From Gemmatimonadota bacterium (GTDB taxonomy: Bacteria > Gemmatimonadota > Gemmatimonadetes > Gemmatimonadales > GWC2-71-9): a stretch of 64,000 nt of DNA. How positions within the stretch are numbered: position 1 is the first letter of the stretch; the number at the start of each line of letters is the position of its first letter. The translations under genes and the position numbers were made by a program. The stretch is from positions 11,139-75,138 of the forward strand of contig QKDC01000094.1 of assembly GCA_003246755.1 (NCBI GenBank). Reading direction: 5' to 3'. The notes beneath the pieces are model-generated. The model saw only the letters and a list, made by a program, of their open reading frames with translations. It had not been told where the DNA came from and did no database searches. Below are positions 8,890-17,684 of this stretch, one piece after another.

Positions 8890-10072
8890 ACGCCTCTACT
8901 TCGCTGATGCCTACCTCCGCCGGTTCGAGGCCAGGGTCGTCGACCAGCGGGCAGAGGGCGATCGCCAGGCCGTGCTCCTCGACCGCACAGCTTTCTACCC
9001 CGAGGGCGGGGGACAGCCAGCCGACCATGGTACTCTGGGAGGTGTCGGGGTGATTGACGTACAATCCGAAGGCGACGCCATCTGGCATGTGCTGGAGGGA
9101 TCAATTGCCGAAACGGCCGTCACGGGAGAAATAGATTGGGGTCGGCGCTTCGACCACATGCAGCAGCACCATGGCCAGCACCTCCTTTCCGCTGCCTTCG
9201 AGCAGCTCTTCCGCCTTTCCACAGTCGCCTTTCACCTTGGCACCGATTACGCCTCGATCGATCTTCCCGGTACGGTCACCGAGGAGCAGGTGTCGGAGGC
9301 GGAGTGGTTGACAAACAACGTGGTGTGGGACGATCGCCCTATCGAGACCCGGTTCCTCGAGGGAGCAGAGCTTGCCGCCGTACCCCTCCGCAAGCCACCG
9401 ACAGTCGATGGGCCGGTTCGAGTCGTCTCGGTACCCGAATTCGATCACTCGGCCTGTGGCGGAACGCATCCCAGAAGCACGGGGGCAGTCGGGCTGCTCC
9501 ACGTCAGGCGCAGGGAGCGCCGTGGATCGGAGACCAGAATCGAGTTCCTCTGCGGTGGGCGGGCGCTTCGCGATCTCAGGTCGAAGACTCTCATCGTCGG
9601 ACGCTTATCTGCCGATCTGACCGTTGGACCGGACGAGATCGAGGAAGCAGTGCGCCGCATCCGGGAGCGCGAGACCGAGGGACGTAAACGCCTGTCCGAG
9701 GCCGTCAGCCGGTTACTCACTTACGAGGCCGACGTTCTCATCGTCGGGGCGGAGCGCATCGGAGGAACCCCGTTCGTCCGCGTGGATCGTGACGACTTGT
9801 CGATGGACGATGCCCGCAGCTTGGCCAGGGAACTGACCGCGCGCGGTGCTACTGTTGCGCTTGGGATTCGCGGTGACAGGACCCAGGTGATCGTCGCAAG
9901 GGGTGTCGGTTCAACGATCGATTGTGCGGCGATCGTGAAGCGAGTTCTCACCGAACTCGGCGGGCGAGGTGGGGGCCAGCCCGAGATCGCTCAGGGAGGT
10001 CTGGCCGACTCTGCCACCCTGTCCGAAGCCCTCGATCGAATCCACCGCTATCTTCGAGAGTCTCTTTTCTGA
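8879..10072 (+). CDS. alaX: alanyl-tRNA editing protein AlaX-L (tRNA_SAD + DHHA1-like C-terminus)
   Basis: Start at MKTERLYFADAYL. Zn-binding motifs HMQQHHGQHLL (HxxxH) and CGGTH. Overlaps the atl stop by 11 nt. Confidence 0.8.
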   Translation: MKTERLYFADAYLRRFEARVVDQRAEGDRQAVLLDRTAFYPEGGGQPADHGTLGGVGVIDVQSEGDAIWHVLEGSIAETAVTGEIDWGRRFDHMQQHHGQHLLSAAFEQLFRLSTVAFHLGTDYASIDLPGTVTEEQVSEAEWLTNNVVWDDRPIETRFLEGAELAAVPLRKPPTVDGPVRVVSVPEFDHSACGGTHPRSTGAVGLLHVRRRERRGSETRIEFLCGGRALRDLRSKTLIVGRLSADLTVGPDEIEEAVRRIRERETEGRKRLSEAVSRLLTYEADVLIVGAERIGGTPFVRVDRDDLSMDDARSLARELTARGATVALGIRGDRTQVIVARGVGSTIDCAAIVKRVLTELGGRGGGQPEIAQGGLADSATLSEALDRIHRYLRESLF

Positions 10073-10079
10073 GTTGCAG

Positions 10080-11786
10080 ATGAACCGAACCGCCACGATT
10101 CTGGCCCTTGTCCTCGTTCCCATGGCCGTCCTGGCACAGGACACCACGACTGTCACTTCGAAACGCGGGATGGTGGTTTCTACCTCCTCCCATGCCTCGG
10201 ATGTCGGAGCGGCGATCCTGGCCAAGGGTGGAAACGCGGTGGATGCCGCTGTCGCGACTGCTTTCGCCCTGGCGGTGACGTTCCCGGCCGGCGGCAACAT
10301 CGGCGGCGGTGGATTCATGGTGATCCAGCCGGCTCGAGGCACCGCGACGACCATCGACTATCGTGAGCGCGCCCCGTTCGCGGCGACCCCCACCATGTAC
10401 CTGGGAGCGGATGGTGAGATCGATCGGTCGCTGACGGCCTCGGGGTATCTCGCTCCTGGTGTGCCCGGTACCGTACGAGGCCTCGCCATGGCCCACCAGA
10501 AGTACGGAAGACTGCCATGGCGGGATGTGGTACGACCTGCTGCGGAACTCGCTGAGGGGTTCGAGTTGCCCGAGGCATTGGCACTGAGTCTCAATCGGGT
10601 CGTTGCAGGCCCTATGGCACCATTCCCGGCTTCGGTCCTGGCGTACGGCAAACCCGGTGGTGGTGAATGGCAGGCGGGTGAAGTGCTTCATCTCCCCGAC
10701 TTGGCCAAGACGCTCAGGAGCATCGCCGAAGAGGGGCCGGATGTCTTCTACACCGGGTGGATCGCCGAGGCGATTGCACAGGACATGGCGAAACACGGTG
10801 GGTTGATCACACGGGAGGACCTCGAGCAGTACCGGGCGGTCGAGCGCGCTCCGATTCACGGCACTTATCGCGGCTATGACATCATCGGGATGGGTCCGCC
10901 GAGTTCGGGTGGCACGATCCTGGTCGAGATGCTCAACATCCTCGAGGCCTTCGACCTGAGAAGTCGCCCGCGGTACGATGCGACCAACGTCCATCTCGTC
11001 CTCGAGGCGATGCGACGCGGGTTCCTCGATCGGGCACGTTGGCTGGGAGACTCGGACTTTGGTGAGATCCCCGTTGCCCGGATCACCTCCAAGACACACG
11101 CAGTCGAGCATGCCGCCACGATCGATCTCGCGCGGGCATCATCGAGTGTGGCTCTGGGCGAGGATATCGTGACGGAGACGTACGCGAACGAACCCGAGGA
11201 GACCACGCACTTCTCCGTCGTCGATGCCGACGGCATGGCCGTGTCAAACACGTATACCATCGAAGGGGGCTACGGGTCGTTCGTGGTCGTCCCGGGTACG
11301 GGATTCTTGCTCAACAACGAGATGGGGGACTTCAACAAGAAGCCGGGGGAGACCAACACCCGAGGTGACATCGGCACGCCACCCAACAACATCGCATCCG
11401 GAAAGCGCATGTTGAGTTCGATGACGCCGACCATTGTACGCAAAGACGGAAGGACAGTATTGATCACTGGTTCGCCCGGTGGACGCACCATCATCAACAC
11501 CGTGTTGTCGGTGGTGCTTGGCGTGACGGAGTTCGGACTATCGGGACGTGAGGCGGTGGATGCTCCGCGCATCAATCACAACTGGTTGCCCGACCGAGGA
11601 TTTATCGAGGCTGAGGCGTTGACCTCGGAGGTCCTCGCCCGGTTGGAAGTGATGGGTCATGTGATTCGGGTCGGCGAGCGGTGGCAGCAGGGAGATGCGA
11701 GTAGCATCGTCATCGATCCGGTGACGGGTATTGCCTATGGGGCGGCCGACCGCCGGGGGATGGACCCGAAGGCATCCGTGCCCTAA
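10080..11786 (+). CDS. ggt: gamma-glutamyltranspeptidase
   Basis: Signal peptide MNRTATILALVLVPMAVLAQ. Autoprocessing Thr context EETTHFSVVDADGMAVSNTYTIEGGYGS. GSPGGRTIINTV. Confidence 0.9.
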   Translation: MNRTATILALVLVPMAVLAQDTTTVTSKRGMVVSTSSHASDVGAAILAKGGNAVDAAVATAFALAVTFPAGGNIGGGGFMVIQPARGTATTIDYRERAPFAATPTMYLGADGEIDRSLTASGYLAPGVPGTVRGLAMAHQKYGRLPWRDVVRPAAELAEGFELPEALALSLNRVVAGPMAPFPASVLAYGKPGGGEWQAGEVLHLPDLAKTLRSIAEEGPDVFYTGWIAEAIAQDMAKHGGLITREDLEQYRAVERAPIHGTYRGYDIIGMGPPSSGGTILVEMLNILEAFDLRSRPRYDATNVHLVLEAMRRGFLDRARWLGDSDFGEIPVARITSKTHAVEHAATIDLARASSSVALGEDIVTETYANEPEETTHFSVVDADGMAVSNTYTIEGGYGSFVVVPGTGFLLNNEMGDFNKKPGETNTRGDIGTPPNNIASGKRMLSSMTPTIVRKDGRTVLITGSPGGRTIINTVLSVVLGVTEFGLSGREAVDAPRINHNWLPDRGFIEAEALTSEVLARLEVMGHVIRVGERWQQGDASSIVIDPVTGIAYGAADRRGMDPKASVP

Positions 11787-11818
11787 CCCTTCACCCCCAG
11801 GTCACCAGCAACCTACGC

Positions 11819-12058
11819 TCATCCGTCTTTGGAAGAGATTTCAGCGCCGGACGGATCATCCGGTTCGAGCGCCAAGGCAGCCACAGCCCGTTCGACATCG
11901 GCGTCTTGGACCATCAACCGGATCACTCCCAGCCTCGGGAGTGGCAGCATACCACCTGCATCATCCGTCACGATCAGCGCCTGGATGCCGTTGGCTTCGA
12001 GGACCGCCCGGTCGAACTCGGCGGCCATGTGATCGGCGTATCGCTGAACGACTATCAT
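11819..12058 (-). CDS. DUF2007-like small protein (putative signal-transducing domain)
   Basis: MIVVQRYADHMAAEFDRAVLEANGIQALIVTDD...LMVQDADVERAVAAL fits the DUF2007 pattern. The internal ATG at 12058 is preferred. Confidence 0.5.
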   Translation of the reverse strand: MIVVQRYADHMAAEFDRAVLEANGIQALIVTDDAGGMLPLPRLGVIRLMVQDADVERAVAALALEPDDPSGAEISSKDG

Positions 12059-12135
12059 GTCAGAATGGTAAGCCCCCAGGGGTCTGTGACACACCCCGGG
12101 TGGCTTCGTGCCATCTCGACACTACCTGAGGACGC

Positions 12136-13533
12136 TTAGGGCTGGGGCCTCGGACTCGCCAGAACCCGAATCAGCCGGTACCAGTATTCTGAGGCCTTAT
12201 GATAGGCTTCGACCCCCACTCGTTCGTCTCGGCCGTGGGCTCGGACATCCCCGATCTCATTGAAGATCGCCGACACTCCATACGTCGAGATACCCGCGTT
12301 CCGGGTATACAACCCATCCGTAGCCCCCGTCGACTGATTCGGGATCATCACCGTCCCAGGCCACATCTCCTGGGCCACCCTTTGGACGGGCCCCATGACC
12401 TCAGGAGTCAGCGGCGATGGTGGACTTGGTCGGGGGTCCTTGAACGGGGTAAAGCGGACGGCAGTATCTGCCACGATCCGCTCCAATGTCGCCTGAACGT
12501 CCCTGGGGGATTCACCCGGCACGATGCGACAGTTGACCGTCGCCTGAGCGAGTTGGGGGAGGGCATTTTCCGCGTGCCCCGCATAGAGTTGCGTTGCGAC
12601 ACAGGTGGTCCGCATCACGGAGTTGTAATACGGCACGGCCGCCGAGAGCAGCTCGGCCGATGCCGGATCCTCCCGCTCCGCGAGGGCCGTCATCGCCGCA
12701 GCCATCATGGGTTCCTGAACGGCGGCGGCCCGGGCAAAGAAAGCTCGCGACACCTCGGTGAGGTGCACCGGGAATTGATGACTCTCGATCTTGCCCAGCG
12801 CGTGGACCAGCCGGTAAATCGCATTGTCCGCCACGGGAACCGAGCTGTGGCCACCGGCATTTCGGACCTCCAGCCGAAAGCTCAGAAACACCTTCTCGGC
12901 CGCCTGCACCATGAAGGTCAAGGGCCTGCCGTCCTTGAGTTCTCCCCCTCCCCCGTCGGTGTTGAGCGCGAACTCTGCATCCACCAGATCGCGGTGCTCG
13001 TCGAGGATCCACTGGATACTGTGCTGCTCGGTTTCCTCGTCCGAGGTGAGGACGATGATCAGATCACGCGCCGGGGTGAACCCTTCCCGACGGAGCCGGA
13101 TGAAGTTGGCGACCAGCATCGCCGCACCGGCCTTATTGTCGCTCGTCCCGCGACCATAGTAGTAGCCATCCACTTCGTTGAAACGGTATGGATGGAGCGA
13201 CCAGTCCTCGCGCCGTGCATCCACCACGTCGAGATGGGCCATCAAGAGAATCGGCCGAGCGGCACCGGTTCCCTGGTAGCGTGCCACGAGCATCCCCTGT
13301 CGTGGCACGGGATGCAGGACCTGCACATCTGCCCCGGGAAATCCCGCATCGCGGAGCCGTCGAGCCATCGCCTCGGCGGCGTCAGTCGTATGGCCGGCGG
13401 AATCGCTCGTATTGATCTCGATCAACTCGGCGAAGATTTCACGTTCCAGTTGCCGAATGGGGTCACTCTGGGCGAGAAGTGGTGTGGCGACGGTGGCGAA
13501 GAGGGCCAGAATTCCTGAGATCGTGCGGCGCAT
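12136..13533 (-). CDS. secreted M20/M25/M40 family metallopeptidase
   Basis: Signal peptide MRRTISGILALFATVATPLLAQ. LLMAHLDVV, GRGTSDNKAG and SDEETE motifs. Confidence 0.85.
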   Translation of the reverse strand: MRRTISGILALFATVATPLLAQSDPIRQLEREIFAELIEINTSDSAGHTTDAAEAMARRLRDAGFPGADVQVLHPVPRQGMLVARYQGTGAARPILLMAHLDVVDARREDWSLHPYRFNEVDGYYYGRGTSDNKAGAAMLVANFIRLRREGFTPARDLIIVLTSDEETEQHSIQWILDEHRDLVDAEFALNTDGGGGELKDGRPLTFMVQAAEKVFLSFRLEVRNAGGHSSVPVADNAIYRLVHALGKIESHQFPVHLTEVSRAFFARAAAVQEPMMAAAMTALAEREDPASAELLSAAVPYYNSVMRTTCVATQLYAGHAENALPQLAQATVNCRIVPGESPRDVQATLERIVADTAVRFTPFKDPRPSPPSPLTPEVMGPVQRVAQEMWPGTVMIPNQSTGATDGLYTRNAGISTYGVSAIFNEIGDVRAHGRDERVGVEAYHKASEYWYRLIRVLASPRPQP

Positions 13534-13600
13534 GAAGCTTACTTGGTTGAGATGAGACGCCCGCGATACCGCGGTGCCTGGTCGTGATCGATGGATACGG

Positions 13601-14407
13601 TCAATTGGTGGGGATCAGGGCAACGACACGCGCGGGACCACCACTGCCACCACCGATCTTGACCGGCAGGGCCACGAGAACCGCCCCCACCGGCGGCAGG
13701 CGATCGAGACGATCGAGGTTTTCCAGACCCGGTACCCCCGCTGCTCCGGCGATTTGGTGAACCATGAAGTCGGTGGAAGCGCCATAGTCGATGGAGGCGG
13801 CATCGATTCCGATGGCCGACGCCCCCCGTTGCTCAATCACCAGTCTCGCCGCGTCCACACCGAAGCTCGGGAAATGAAGATTCGATGCATCGCCCGGCGT
13901 GTCATCGCCAAGATAGGACTTGGCATCCGGCCACCGGGTGCTCCAGCCTGTCCTGAGCAGAACGATGGCGCCTTCGACGATCGCCCCATGTTTGGTTTCC
14001 CAGGCCGTAACATCGTCGACGGAAAGTCGGTAGTCCGGATCGAGCGCAGCCTGTTCGGTCACATCGAGCACCACCACCGGAGCGATGAGACGCGACAGGG
14101 GGATCTCATCGGTGGTGGTTCCTCCCTCGGCGAAGTGAATCGGCGCATCGAGGTGGGTGCCGCCATGTTCAGGTGCACTGAAGCTGTTGGCCGAGTAAAA
14201 GTACCCTCCCGGGGTCGGGCCGAAGGCCAACGATTGGAGCTCGAAGCCACTTGGCGAAGTGGGCCAATAGAGAGTGCTCGCATCCAGCGTGTGGGTCAGG
14301 TCGACGATCTCCAGACGGGTCAGATCGATCGCGGGGACGGGGGCGCCAGCCGGCGCACACCCAGCAACCAATAGTACCAGCAGCAACATCCAAGAGCGGG
14401 AGTTCAT
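13601..14407 (-). CDS. cyclase family protein (kynurenine formamidase-like)
   Basis: HGGTHLDAPIHF metal motif and an N-terminal signal/lipobox-like LLVLLVAGC. ATGA overlap with the upstream gene. Confidence 0.8.
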   Translation of the reverse strand: MNSRSWMLLLVLLVAGCAPAGAPVPAIDLTRLEIVDLTHTLDASTLYWPTSPSGFELQSLAFGPTPGGYFYSANSFSAPEHGGTHLDAPIHFAEGGTTTDEIPLSRLIAPVVVLDVTEQAALDPDYRLSVDDVTAWETKHGAIVEGAIVLLRTGWSTRWPDAKSYLGDDTPGDASNLHFPSFGVDAARLVIEQRGASAIGIDAASIDYGASTDFMVHQIAGAAGVPGLENLDRLDRLPPVGAVLVALPVKIGGGSGGPARVVALIPTN

Positions 14408-17400
14408 GGGCGGACCGCCGGTATCACGACCGCCGGGACGCCACGGTCTCGGACGAGTCTGTTGAACGCATCAACCTCTGCACCGAGTAACCGATCAAGC
14501 TCGGCTTTTTCGGTGGTCCATAGGGCTTCCAGGTCTCTGAAACGTGTGCGTTGCCCGCTGGTGAGGGGAGGCTCCGCACCGTCGATCGCCTGCAGCAGCG
14601 CCATCCACTGCGCATCGAGTTGACTCGTGAAGTTGACGACGTCCTGAAAGGTCTTCGACTTCGGCTGAACCAGTCGCTCCTCCGCGACCGTGAGGTGTTT
14701 GGTGAGCGAATCTCCCAATGTCTTGAGTTCTTCGTGCTCCGGCCTGCCTGCCGAGCGAGAGAGGACCGCCGCAACCTGCTCCCTGACCCCGCGGAGTTTC
14801 CGCACGTAGTCGAGGAGATCCGTGATATGCCCTTGGATCGCCCGCGCAACCGTTTCTTGCTGGGCGTAGTCTGCCGTTGGGCGATCGTGTCGAGGGTCGG
14901 GAACGATTTCCATCGTCACCGATGCGGTCTGGCTCCCCACGGTGAGGCGCGCATGATACGTCCCCGGACGAACCAATCGACCGCTCGGCGATCCGAGACT
15001 GAAGAGCCCCTGAATCGGCGCAGGGCCTTGGTGGCGGAGATCCCAGCGGACTCTGTTCATGCCTGCCTTCAGCACGATCGAGTCACTGGGCAACGGGCGG
15101 CCGTCAGGACCCTTGTCGCGTTTGGTGACGTAGGTCCGCACCACGGTGCCCGAGCCGTCGAGGATTTCGAGCTTTCCCGTCCTCGCGCTATCCGGCGCCT
15201 CGGGCAGGTGCGCATAGATGATGACTCCACTCGGCGGATTGGCACCCAAACCCGGAACGTTGGGCGAGAAACCTCCGCCCCCAGGTGTTCGGTAGACCAC
15301 GGGGTTGCTCGTGAGCGAGAGACCACTCGCCGCGGTCCCGGCGTGCAGTTGGCGCAGCAACGTCAGGTCCTGGAGAATCCAGAATGCCCGCCCCTGTGTG
15401 GCTGCAACGAGATCGGTTCCCTGCACCTTGAGATCGGTGACGGGCACGACCGGGAGGTTGGTCTGGAGTGTCTGCCAATCGTCCCCGTCATTGAATGACA
15501 CATACACGCCGGTTTCCGTGCCTGCGTAGAGCAAACCAGGCCTGGTGGGATCTTCACGTACAACCCGGACCCACGCTTCCGCCTCGATCCCCCTCACGAT
15601 GCGACTCCACGTGGCTCCAAAGTCGTGTGTGCGATAGATCTCTGGTGTGAAGTCATTGAATTTATAGCGCGTCACCGCCAGGTACGCGGTACCCTCGTAG
15701 TGGGGCGAAGCCTCTACCGAGTTGATCTGTGATTCAGGAAGGCCCTCAGGGGTCACGTTGGTCCAGGTGGTGCCTCCATCACGCGTGACGTGCACCAGAC
15801 CGTCATCCGAGCCGACCCAGATCAGTCCGCGCTGACGGGGCGACTCCGCTACGGTAAAGATGGTGTTGTAGACCTCACCCCCGGCGGCCTCGTTGGTGAT
15901 GGGAGACCCCCCAGGGCCTTGCTTGTCCTCCTCGTCGCGTGTGAGATCCGGACTGACCTCGGTCCAGGTGTTGCCACGGTCCGACGTTCGGAGCAGCACG
16001 TTGCCGCCGTGATACAAGACCTTCGGATCGTGGGGAGAGGCAATCAAGGGGGCATTCCAGTTGAACCGATACTTCTCTTCTCGGGGGATGGATCCCAACC
16101 CGACGGTGGGATAGGCCATGACATCCCTTTGGTAACCCGTTTCCGTGTCCATCTCGGAAAGGATCCCCTGGTAACAGCCGCCATAGAGGTAGCGGGGGTC
16201 ATTGGGGTCGAAGGCGACATAGGCGCTCTCACAGCCAGGGCCGTCGAACCAGTCTTTCCATCCAATGCCGGGGCCGCTGGGGTTGCGGCTCATGATCGCC
16301 ACCGAGTTGTTGTCCTGTTGCCCTCCGTAGACCCAGTACGGGAACCTGTTGTCGGTATTGACGCGATAGAACTGAGCGGTCGGTTGGTTGTTCTGCGTGC
16401 TCCAGGTCTTGCCGCCGTTGGTGGTGATAGTCCCCCCGCCGTCGTCGGCGAGGAACATCACATCGTGATCGTTCGGATTGATCCAGAGGTCGTGCGTGTC
16501 GCCGTGGGGAATGTCGAGCGATGTGAACGTCCTGCCTCCATCGACGGATCGAGTCATCGGGGCGTTCAGTACGTAAACGGTTTCTCGGTCCTGGGGATCG
16601 GCGTACACTTCGATGTAATACCAGGCACGAGCCCGAATCAGCCGATCATCACTCGTGCGCCTCCAGGTCTTGCCCCCATCTTCACTCTTGAACAATCCAC
16701 CTTCATCTGCCTCGATGATTGCCCATACTAGATCGGGATCCACCGGCGAAACATCGACACTCGTTTTCCCCATCGCACTCGGAAGTCCCTGTTCGAGCTT
16801 GTTCCAGGTGTCACCACCATCGGTGGATTTCCAGATCCCACTCCCCGGACCACCGCTCCGAACCTGCCAAGGGAAGCGCCGATGATCCCAGTAGGCGGCA
16901 TAGAGAATGCGGGGATTCGTGACATCCATCGAGAGATCGCTGGCGCCCGCGTCCTCGCTCACGAAGTGAACCTGCTCCCACGTCGTGCCGCCATCGCTGG
17001 AGCGATAAAGACCGCGCTCCGCTGTCGCACCGTACGGTGAGCCCTGGGCCGCGACGTAGACCAGGTCGGGGTTGGACGGGTGTACACGTATTCGCGAGAT
17101 CTGGCGGGTGCGGTCGAGGCCGACGTGCATCCAGGTTCGGCCTGCATCGGTCGAGCGGTAAACCCCGTTGCCGTGGGAGGTCGTGACCCCGCGCACCGGG
17201 TGCTCCCCCATTCCGACATAGATCACGTTCGCGTCTGAGGGCGCCACAGCGATGGCCCCCACCGATCCCGTCTTGAAGTACCCGTCGGAGATGTTGCTCC
17301 AGGTGACCCCGGCGTCCTCCGTTCGCCAGACTCCCCCACCGGTAGCTCCGAGATAGAACGTTTCGGGGTGGCTGGGTACTCCGGCAGCGGCCACGGCACG

Positions 17401-17544
17401 ACCGCCTCTGAACGGTCCGATGTTCCGCCAGCGGAGAGGCCCGTACAGGGCCGTGTCAACGCGCGCCGTCTGGCTATGGAGAGGCTGAGACGCCGGAAAG
17501 ACGACGACGAGGGTGAGCACTGAGAGAGCGAGGCGGCGAAACAT
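14404..17544 (-). CDS. large secreted BNR/Asp-box, sortilin(VPS10)-like beta-propeller protein
   Basis: 1046 aa with a signal peptide. Many Asp-box-like repeats (STDAGRTW, SSDGGTTW, STDGGDTW, SEDGGKTW, SVDGGRTF, TRDGGTTW, SFNDGDDW). Confidence 0.8.
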   Translation of the reverse strand: MFRRLALSVLTLVVVFPASQPLHSQTARVDTALYGPLRWRNIGPFRGGRAVAAAGVPSHPETFYLGATGGGVWRTEDAGVTWSNISDGYFKTGSVGAIAVAPSDANVIYVGMGEHPVRGVTTSHGNGVYRSTDAGRTWMHVGLDRTRQISRIRVHPSNPDLVYVAAQGSPYGATAERGLYRSSDGGTTWEQVHFVSEDAGASDLSMDVTNPRILYAAYWDHRRFPWQVRSGGPGSGIWKSTDGGDTWNKLEQGLPSAMGKTSVDVSPVDPDLVWAIIEADEGGLFKSEDGGKTWRRTSDDRLIRARAWYYIEVYADPQDRETVYVLNAPMTRSVDGGRTFTSLDIPHGDTHDLWINPNDHDVMFLADDGGGTITTNGGKTWSTQNNQPTAQFYRVNTDNRFPYWVYGGQQDNNSVAIMSRNPSGPGIGWKDWFDGPGCESAYVAFDPNDPRYLYGGCYQGILSEMDTETGYQRDVMAYPTVGLGSIPREEKYRFNWNAPLIASPHDPKVLYHGGNVLLRTSDRGNTWTEVSPDLTRDEEDKQGPGGSPITNEAAGGEVYNTIFTVAESPRQRGLIWVGSDDGLVHVTRDGGTTWTNVTPEGLPESQINSVEASPHYEGTAYLAVTRYKFNDFTPEIYRTHDFGATWSRIVRGIEAEAWVRVVREDPTRPGLLYAGTETGVYVSFNDGDDWQTLQTNLPVVPVTDLKVQGTDLVAATQGRAFWILQDLTLLRQLHAGTAASGLSLTSNPVVYRTPGGGGFSPNVPGLGANPPSGVIIYAHLPEAPDSARTGKLEILDGSGTVVRTYVTKRDKGPDGRPLPSDSIVLKAGMNRVRWDLRHQGPAPIQGLFSLGSPSGRLVRPGTYHARLTVGSQTASVTMEIVPDPRHDRPTADYAQQETVARAIQGHITDLLDYVRKLRGVREQVAAVLSRSAGRPEHEELKTLGDSLTKHLTVAEERLVQPKSKTFQDVVNFTSQLDAQWMALLQAIDGAEPPLTSGQRTRFRDLEALWTTEKAELDRLLGAEVDAFNRLVRDRGVPAVVIPAVRP

Positions 17545-17684
17545 GCGAAAGCTCCGGGATATTGAAGGAGATATCGAGCCTTGGAAGGTACCGGCGGCAC
17601 CGTGTCGCGCAACTGGCTCGAACGGTCGTACCGTCCTTGGGAGCTATTATTCTGGAGCAACCCACCTTCTGCAGGAGTCGAAAG

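Noticed and set aside
12199-13518. 439-aa plus-strand ORF covering almost the whole M20 peptidase gene in antisense
   Set aside because: The translation is Arg/Gly/Pro/His-rich low complexity with no recognisable motif. The opposite strand encodes a clear M20 peptidase with a signal peptide. Long antisense ORFs are expected in GC-rich DNA because stop codons are rare.
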